DNA of 64,000 nt from an uncultured cyanobacterium (GTDB lineage Bacteria; Cyanobacteriota; Cyanobacteriia; Cyanobacteriales; CAWCAG01), in NCBI GenBank assembly GCA_963803805.1, contig CAWDOD010000004.1:384001-448000 (forward strand), read 5' to 3'. Both the position numbers and the translations under genes were made by a program. The notes under the pieces were generated by a model, which was not told the origin of the DNA, made no database searches, and worked only from the letters and a program-made list of their open reading frames with translations. Below, in pieces: positions 58,106 through 64,000 of this stretch (positions are counted from its first letter, which is position 1; each line of letters begins with the position of its first letter).

Positions 58106-58848
58106 AAAGCATCCTTAATAACAGAATCAATCAACTTTTGCATTTGTTCATAATGAGAACCTCGCCAGTAAATTTGATCGCATTTATTACAACGGTGGAA
58201 CTCATTAATATATTGTCTAGTTTTTGGGGGGATACGCTCAAAAACCTCCTCTTTTTCAACTGCTTCCAAACTCCCATTACAACGAATACAACGTCGGAAA
58301 GGTTGTATTAAATTACTAAGCTTGAAACGCTTCAAAACCTCCGTTAATTGTTCTTCTGGATTAGTAGAACGAACATAATAACCGTGGGTAACTAAGCTAC
58401 GCATTAATAGCCCCGTATCGCGAGTTAATAAAATGCGATTTTCGCGATCAGAAATTATTGCTAACTCCTCGTCATCGTAATCATTACGATACCAAGTATC
58501 AAAACCCAACATCCGCAAAGAAGAAGCAAGCTTACCTAAGTGAACATCTAAAATAAAAGTAATAGTTTGCGGTAAATCTGGTCTTAATTTGATTAAGGAA
58601 ATATTTTCTGGGTTTAATGAAATTGGATAAACTTCAATGGAATCGCCATCTTTAACGGAATAAGAAAAATCTACACTTTGCCCATTAACTACAATTTTAT
58701 CAACTTCAGTATGAGGAACGCCCAAAGACTCTATAGTATCTTTAATAGAAGGGTATTTTTTAAAATCGTAGTCAAAACTAACTTCCTTCTTTCGAGAAAG
58801 CAAAAAGAAGTTCAACTCCCCATAAAACCTATAATTTGCTTTAAACAT
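58102..58848 (-). CDS. Ub-Mut7C + Mut7-C RNase domain protein
   Basis: IKDTIESLGVPHTEV; FILDVHLGKLA, LLTRD, RCIRCNG, CNKC..IYWRGSH. Confidence 0.92.
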   Translation of the reverse strand: MFKANYRFYGELNFFLLSRKKEVSFDYDFKKYPSIKDTIESLGVPHTEVDKIVVNGQSVDFSYSVKDGDSIEVYPISLNPENISLIKLRPDLPQTITFILDVHLGKLASSLRMLGFDTWYRNDYDDEELAIISDRENRILLTRDTGLLMRSLVTHGYYVRSTNPEEQLTEVLKRFKLSNLIQPFRRCIRCNGSLEAVEKEEVFERIPPKTRQYINEFHRCNKCDQIYWRGSHYEQMQKLIDSVIKDAL

Positions 58849-58923
58849 TGATCATTTATCATTAATGATAGCTTTTCTTTCGTCTAAGCTAAGTAGTGCA
58901 AGATTCGATTTACCCATTACCCA

Positions 58924-59430
58924 TTACTTATCCCCATTCCCACCACCTTGAATATGAACTAAATTATCAAGATTATCCCCATTGATTTTATAAGCAGCAC
59001 CAAAACCAACTACAAATTTACCTTCCGTTGGAGTTAGTTGAAAAATACGAAAATCAGGTAAATCTCGGAAAACATTAATCAATTCTCCAAAGCGTTTCTC
59101 AAAAAGATCAGCTAATTTATGCCACTCTTGGCTTTCCCTAATTATTAATTCCGCAATACAATCAAAAGTCAAGCGGCGACGAGCAAAAACTTGTTGACTT
59201 TTAGACTCATCCTCGATAAACATAACACTTACTTTACCAACAGCAGATAAATTGCGAGTATGGGTAGAAAGACCACTTACAAAAATATAAAAGTTTTTTG
59301 ATTCATCTTCGACAAAAGGTGCATAACTAGCATTAGGTTTACCTTCCGTATTCACTGTACTAAGAATAATACTTTCAAACAAGCTGGTAAAATCTTGATA
59401 AGCAGCTTGTGCCTGTTTAATGTCGCTCAT
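58924..59430 (-). CDS. HugZ/pyridoxamine-5'-phosphate oxidase-like protein
   Basis: PNASYAPF, HTRNL, FIEDE, FARRRL, GFGAAY. Confidence 0.88.
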   Translation of the reverse strand: MSDIKQAQAAYQDFTSLFESIILSTVNTEGKPNASYAPFVEDESKNFYIFVSGLSTHTRNLSAVGKVSVMFIEDESKSQQVFARRRLTFDCIAELIIRESQEWHKLADLFEKRFGELINVFRDLPDFRIFQLTPTEGKFVVGFGAAYKINGDNLDNLVHIQGGGNGDK

Positions 59431-59535
59431 GAATTTTGTTAGAAACTGTAAACTTTCAACGATTTTAACAGCATTAAGTTGAGGGATAATTTTGATAAAA
59501 GGTTATCCTTATACCCCTTACCCTAACTAAACCCA

Positions 59536-59844
59536 GTGTTTAAATTCCTCAACTCACTCCTCAACAGACATCCAGAACAAGTTAAAGCCAACGTAGAAAT
59601 CTATACTTGGCAAACCTGTCCTTATTGTATTCGTGCCAAAATGCTTTTGTGGTGGAAAGGTGTTAACTTCACAGAATATAAAATTGACGGCAACGAAGAA
59701 GCAAGAAACCAAATGGCCCAACGTGCCAACAATAAACGGAGTGTACCGCAGATTTTTATTAATAACCAACATATCGGTGGTTGTGATGATCTTTATGCTT
59801 TGGATAGTCAAGGAAAGTTACAACCTTTGTTGGCTGATAGCTAG
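59536..59844 (+). CDS. grxC: Glutaredoxin 3
   Basis: CPYC, SVPQIFI, GGCDDL. Confidence 0.93.
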   Translation: MFKFLNSLLNRHPEQVKANVEIYTWQTCPYCIRAKMLLWWKGVNFTEYKIDGNEEARNQMAQRANNKRSVPQIFINNQHIGGCDDLYALDSQGKLQPLLADS

Positions 59845-59932
59845 TTGCTAGTTGCTAATAGGAAACAGACTAAAGATAATACTTTTTCCCCATTTCCCCC
59901 TGCTGCCTACTCCCTACTCCCTTCCATTAAGT

Positions 59933-60418
59933 ATGATTCCTGATGAAGCCAGCTATTTAATTCATAGACGTTGGATGGGTAGGGCTTTGGAACTTGCTAA
60001 AGAAGCGGGTGAAGGGGGTGATGTACCTGTAGGTGCATTGGTAACAGATGGGGCAGGAAAACTGCTTGCCGAAGCTAGCAACCGTAAAGAACAAGATCAA
60101 GATCCTACAGCACACGCAGAGATATTGGCTTTGCGTTCAGCCGCTTTAACTTTAGGTAACTGGCATCTTAACCAATGTACCCTATATGTGACCCTAGAAC
60201 CTTGTCCTATGTGTGCTGGGGCAATTATTCAAGGACGGCTAGGTTTGCTCGTTTATGGGGCAGATGACCCCAAAACAGGAACCATTCGCACTGTTGCTAA
60301 CTTTCCTGACAGTCCTTTCTCTAACCACCGTTTGTCCGTCATCGCTGGTGTCAGGGAAGCAGAATGCCGCAAGCAGCTAAAAAGTTGGTTTATGCAAAAG
60401 AGAATTAGTAATCAATAA
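59933..60418 (+). CDS. tadA: tRNA adenosine(34) deaminase
   Basis: DVPVGA, DPTAHAE, EPCPMC; likely start ATG 59933. Confidence 0.93.
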   Translation: MIPDEASYLIHRRWMGRALELAKEAGEGGDVPVGALVTDGAGKLLAEASNRKEQDQDPTAHAEILALRSAALTLGNWHLNQCTLYVTLEPCPMCAGAIIQGRLGLLVYGADDPKTGTIRTVANFPDSPFSNHRLSVIAGVREAECRKQLKSWFMQKRISNQ

Positions 60419-60445
60419 TGCCTAACGGCAACTGTAAGCCGAACA
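60418..60445 (+). repeat. Small dispersed repeat copy at the tadA stop
   Basis: ATGCCTAACGGCAACTGTAAGCCGAACA. Confidence 0.75.
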
Positions 60446-60546
60446 GTTACCAGTTATCTTAGTTGTTACTTAACTTCATAATTATTTTGACAGCTTACTA
60501 GTACATAAGTACTATAATGTGAACGATAACTACCTCCGCATTAATT

Positions 60547-61029
60547 ATGAAAGTAGTCTGCCCCCAAAAAGCTAACCCTGTTGAAACAAGAAGGGAGGAA
60601 ACAAAGACTTTTCAGACATCTTCTCAAGTAATTCAGTCTTTACCCATAGAGAAATTTGCAGTACAAAGAGGTACGACAATCAAGCAACGGTTAGGAGAAA
60701 GCTTAGAAGATTTAGAAACCCAAGTACAACAGGTTAACTTATTATCTGTTCAACTAGAAAAATCTGTTTTACGTTTAAAAGCGATCGCCGATTATATTGA
60801 CTTGTCTAGTCGTTATCTTAGTCCCCGCCAAAGCCAAAGAAAACACGTGAGTATTTGCGAATATCCTTCTACCCAAATCCCCACTATTAGACAAAAAAAC
60901 GATGGCCACTTTGTTTTAGTATCTCGTCATATTGATATATTTAAAGCTGAACGCGAAGCTCGTTCTGTTGCTCAAATGCTGCGACGATGGACTCATAAAA
61001 AGCGTAAGATTCCTAGAAAAGAAGAGTAA
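60547..61029 (+). CDS. Conserved cyanobacterial hypothetical protein
   Basis: Coiled coil followed by ICEY...DIFKAEREA...AQMLRR. Confidence 0.7.
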   Translation: MKVVCPQKANPVETRREETKTFQTSSQVIQSLPIEKFAVQRGTTIKQRLGESLEDLETQVQQVNLLSVQLEKSVLRLKAIADYIDLSSRYLSPRQSQRKHVSICEYPSTQIPTIRQKNDGHFVLVSRHIDIFKAEREARSVAQMLRRWTHKKRKIPRKEE

Positions 61030-61123
61030 AATATTTAAGTAGCAAGTAATAAACTTTACTTGTTATTTATATCTATTACTTGTTACTTCTCTTCTGCTTT
61101 CCAATGTTTAATAATAAATGATA

Positions 61124-62683
61124 TCAGTCTTCTGAATTCTGACCTTGAACTCCCCTGACAATTCTCGATAATTGCGACTTTTCATCAACAGCAATACGAG
61201 TAGGAGAACCACTAATAATCCGTTCGTAATTACGGAAAGAATCTTGAATTTGTGGGCCGTCTTTACTAATTATATACTCTCGAATGCCTTTATCATGCCA
61301 AGAACCGCGCATTTTAAACACATTTATTGCCCTAGACATTTCTCCTCTAATTTCTACATACTGCAACATAATAATTGTATCTGTAATTGTAGAAATATGA
61401 GACTCGGTAATCGAATCTGACCCCATAAAACGGTCTGTTGTATTAGTAAAGAAACCGGTTATTTCTTCTTGTTTAGCATAACCAGTAACACCAATCACAA
61501 ATTGTCGAAAAGCATTGTTACTAACTCCTCGTGCTAAAGCAGAAAGAGAGTCAATAGCAATACGGGATGGTTTAAACTCAGCAATTTCTGATTTAATAGT
61601 TTGCAGGTGATCTTCTAAACCAGCAGATTCTGGATAGCAACAAAGAAGTTTTAATAAACCCTTATTTTCCATCTCTTCAAAATCTATACCCCAAGAAAAA
61701 GCATTGCGAGAAAGTTGCGCCCGCGATTCTTCATAGGCAAATAAAATACACCTTTCTCCTTTGGCTCTACCTTCTTGCAAAAACTTACTAACTAATAAAG
61801 TTTTGCCTGTCCCTGTTGCCCCTGTCGCTAAAATAATTGAATCTTTAAAAAAGCCGCCGCCACACATTTCATCTAAGATTTTGATGCCGGAAGAACGACG
61901 TACATTAGAAGATCTTTGGGTAAGGCGCATAGCACCCAGAGGAAAGATATTAATGCCATTATTAGTAATAGTGAAAGGGTACTCTCCTTTCATATGAGTT
62001 GTTCCCCTCAGCTTCAATATTTCTACAGTTCTGCGGCGACGTTCTCCTTCCAAAACATTACGCATTATCACTACATTATCAGAAACAAATTCTTCTACTC
62101 CAAAACGAGCAACTCCTCCATATTCATCTGTTCTCTCCGTTGTCATAATACTTGTTATACCTATTTGCTTAAGCCTAGCTACCAAGCGAAATATTTCTCT
62201 TCTAACTACAGAAGCACCATCATATTGTTGAAAAACTGCTGTCACTGAATCAATAGAAATTCGCTTGGCTTTGTACTTACGAATAGCATATTGAATACGC
62301 TCTATCAAAGCAGAAAGATCGAAATTTCCAACTACTTCCTGCCCCTCTGGATCAGGAGAAGCATCGAGAATAAATAATTTACCTGCATCAACAAGTTTTT
62401 TTAAATCCCAACCAAAACTATAGGCGTTTTTAATAATATCTGTAGGCGATTCTTCAAAGGTAACAAAAATTCCTGGCTCATCGAAATACTTAATACCAAT
62501 ATAAATAAATTGAACAGCCAAAAGAGTTTTACCAGTTCCCGAAGTACCACTCACTAAAGTTGTTCTATGTACCGGCAAACCTCCGTGACTAACTTCATCA
62601 AAGCCTTCAATCATTGTCCGAATCTTTTGGACTCCTAGGGAGGCTAAATCTTTTTTTTGTTGATCTTGATTAGAATTACTCAT
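61124..62683 (-). CDS. kaiC: Circadian clock protein KaiC
   Basis: GTSGTGKT and GATGTGKT P-loops, FEE/YEE, phosphosite motif SHISTITD. Confidence 0.98.
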   Translation of the reverse strand: MSNSNQDQQKKDLASLGVQKIRTMIEGFDEVSHGGLPVHRTTLVSGTSGTGKTLLAVQFIYIGIKYFDEPGIFVTFEESPTDIIKNAYSFGWDLKKLVDAGKLFILDASPDPEGQEVVGNFDLSALIERIQYAIRKYKAKRISIDSVTAVFQQYDGASVVRREIFRLVARLKQIGITSIMTTERTDEYGGVARFGVEEFVSDNVVIMRNVLEGERRRRTVEILKLRGTTHMKGEYPFTITNNGINIFPLGAMRLTQRSSNVRRSSGIKILDEMCGGGFFKDSIILATGATGTGKTLLVSKFLQEGRAKGERCILFAYEESRAQLSRNAFSWGIDFEEMENKGLLKLLCCYPESAGLEDHLQTIKSEIAEFKPSRIAIDSLSALARGVSNNAFRQFVIGVTGYAKQEEITGFFTNTTDRFMGSDSITESHISTITDTIIMLQYVEIRGEMSRAINVFKMRGSWHDKGIREYIISKDGPQIQDSFRNYERIISGSPTRIAVDEKSQLSRIVRGVQGQNSED

Positions 62684-62857
62684 TTTTATAGCTAAAAATC
62701 TTAAAATTCGCTAAATTAACTTTTAATAACTTGATATTGTATGGCAATTGCTTTTGAGGTATGAAAACAAAGATGGCTAACACTCTTACTCTTAAGCAAT
62801 CTCTTACTTACCAATATATTTAGAACTGCTATAGGTTAATCAAATATTTTGAAGGCT

Positions 62858-63172
62858 TCAAGTTTCAAAATCTCCATCTCTGATTTCTTCATAAAGAAGA
62901 TCTAGACCAATTAAAACCTTTTCACGATCAGAAAGATCACCAATGATTTTTCTTAAAGGTGGGGGCAAAACCTTAGATAAAGTAGGGGTGGCTAGTATTT
63001 TATCTTCCTCAGCAAGTTGAGGATTTTTAAGAACATCAATTACTTTAAGGGCATAGACTCCTTTAAAATCTTGTTCAAGAATGTTTTTGAGAGTTTTTAA
63101 AGCCCTAACGGAGTTAGGAGTATTTCCAGCTACATAAAGTTTGAGAACGTAGGTTTTTTGAGAGGCACTCAT
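62858..63172 (-). CDS. kaiB: Circadian clock protein KaiB
   Basis: [14 protein letters not shown]...[20 protein letters not shown]. Confidence 0.98.
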   Translation of the reverse strand: MSASQKTYVLKLYVAGNTPNSVRALKTLKNILEQDFKGVYALKVIDVLKNPQLAEEDKILATPTLSKVLPPPLRKIIGDLSDREKVLIGLDLLYEEIRDGDFET

Positions 63173-63191
63173 AATAGTCTTTACCTATTCA

Positions 63192-64000
63192 TTAATCTGT
63201 TAAAGATAAAGCTTCCAAGCTAGGATTTTTTCTGGGTATAGAACGACGATACATTTCACCAAGATGAGCAATAATATCAATCAAAGTGAGACGATAGTCA
63301 AGTAAAATATCTTCACTACGACCTTCTATTTTAAGTTGTTGTGAGAATTCATCCATTATTTCCATGTGAATTTCGACAATTTTGGCTACAGAAAGGTCAG
63401 CAAAAAAAACTTTATTAACAAATTTATCAATTAATTCGTTTACTTGAGTATCAGAGTTAAAATAATTAAGAATGATTTGGCGGTATTCATAACGAAAATT
63501 CTTCAATAAATCATCTTGCTGATCACGAGTAAGGTTCTCAAAGAAATCGTGAGGATTTCTTTTGTAATATACGCCTAAGTAGCCTAACCTTTCCTTTAGT
63601 TTTTCTTCTAAACGTTGCTGCTGTAGTTTGAGGGATTTGAAGCTAGTTTTTGGAGAAGCATTTTTCCAAGGAATAGACTGCGTAGGTAAAGCTTTATTTG
63701 GGGTTAGTTTGATAAATTTAGTTAGTGCTTGCTCAATATTAGTAATGATTTTATCGCTTCTCCTCAAAGGTAGTTGAACCTCGGCTGTATGATAATAATG
63801 GATTATGCAGCAAGGGTAGCTATCGGTCGCTTTTTGAGATAAGTTATTGCTTTGGTATTGTTCTGGTAAATTATTGGGTTTGATAATTACTGCGGGTAAA
63901 AGAACTCCTAATTCGCACAACCTTCTAGTTACCTCTAGTAAAAATAGGGGTGGTGCTTGATGTAAAATTAAACAATCAATTTGCTCTTGATTTGGCTCCA
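63192..64000 (-). CDS. kaiA: Circadian clock protein KaiA (long form; 5' end beyond window)
   Basis: KLKERLGYLGVYYKR, LLDYRLTLIDIIAHLGEMYRRSIP. The frame stays open past 63920 to the window edge (EPNQEQIDCLIL...). Confidence 0.96.
   Translation of the reverse strand, partial: EPNQEQIDCLILHQAPPLFLLEVTRRLCELGVLLPAVIIKPNNLPEQYQSNNLSQKATDSYPCCIIHYYHTAEVQLPLRRSDKIITNIEQALTKFIKLTPNKALPTQSIPWKNASPKTSFKSLKLQQQRLEEKLKERLGYLGVYYKRNPHDFFENLTRDQQDDLLKNFRYEYRQIILNYFNSDTQVNELIDKFVNKVFFADLSVAKIVEIHMEIMDEFSQQLKIEGRSEDILLDYRLTLIDIIAHLGEMYRRSIPRKNPSLEALSLTD

Noticed and set aside
63192..63920. KaiA as N-terminally truncated (242 aa in track)
   Set aside because: The frame is open to the window edge; this is a boundary artefact.

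Overview
Chromosomal window from a low-GC cyanobacterium. The assignment rests on about 30 GCGATCGC (HIP1) octamers, heptameric tandem repeats, kaiABC and psb34. The backbone is housekeeping: thiE/thiS, an Mrp/Mnh antiporter operon, putA, rfbB, mutL, pgi, surE, trpS, tRNA-Pro(GGG), gatA, glmS, speA, grxC, tadA and kaiABC. Three accessory patches interrupt it. (1) About 6.7-14 kb is a mosaic where an internally deleted IS701-type element and an IS1 element, neither with a target duplication, join three truncated genes (RTX tail, WD40 sensor, heme peroxidase) next to a sensor-less HTH-STAND gene. (2) About 18.4-23.6 kb holds an SLH protein with Lys-rich repeats, a PhyH-dioxygenase/APH-kinase fusion and toxin-antitoxin remnants. 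(3) About 38.4-40.1 kb is a decayed TA/defence-like islet with a head-to-head deletion scar. The best leads are the dioxygenase-kinase fusion, the DUF1611 plus PLP-racemase pair, a small secreted repeat protein resembling the 7_1-knot family, the HTH-STAND locus and several structured leaders. No CRISPR array, rRNA or prophage was seen. All family assignments come from motif recognition by eye, not database searches.
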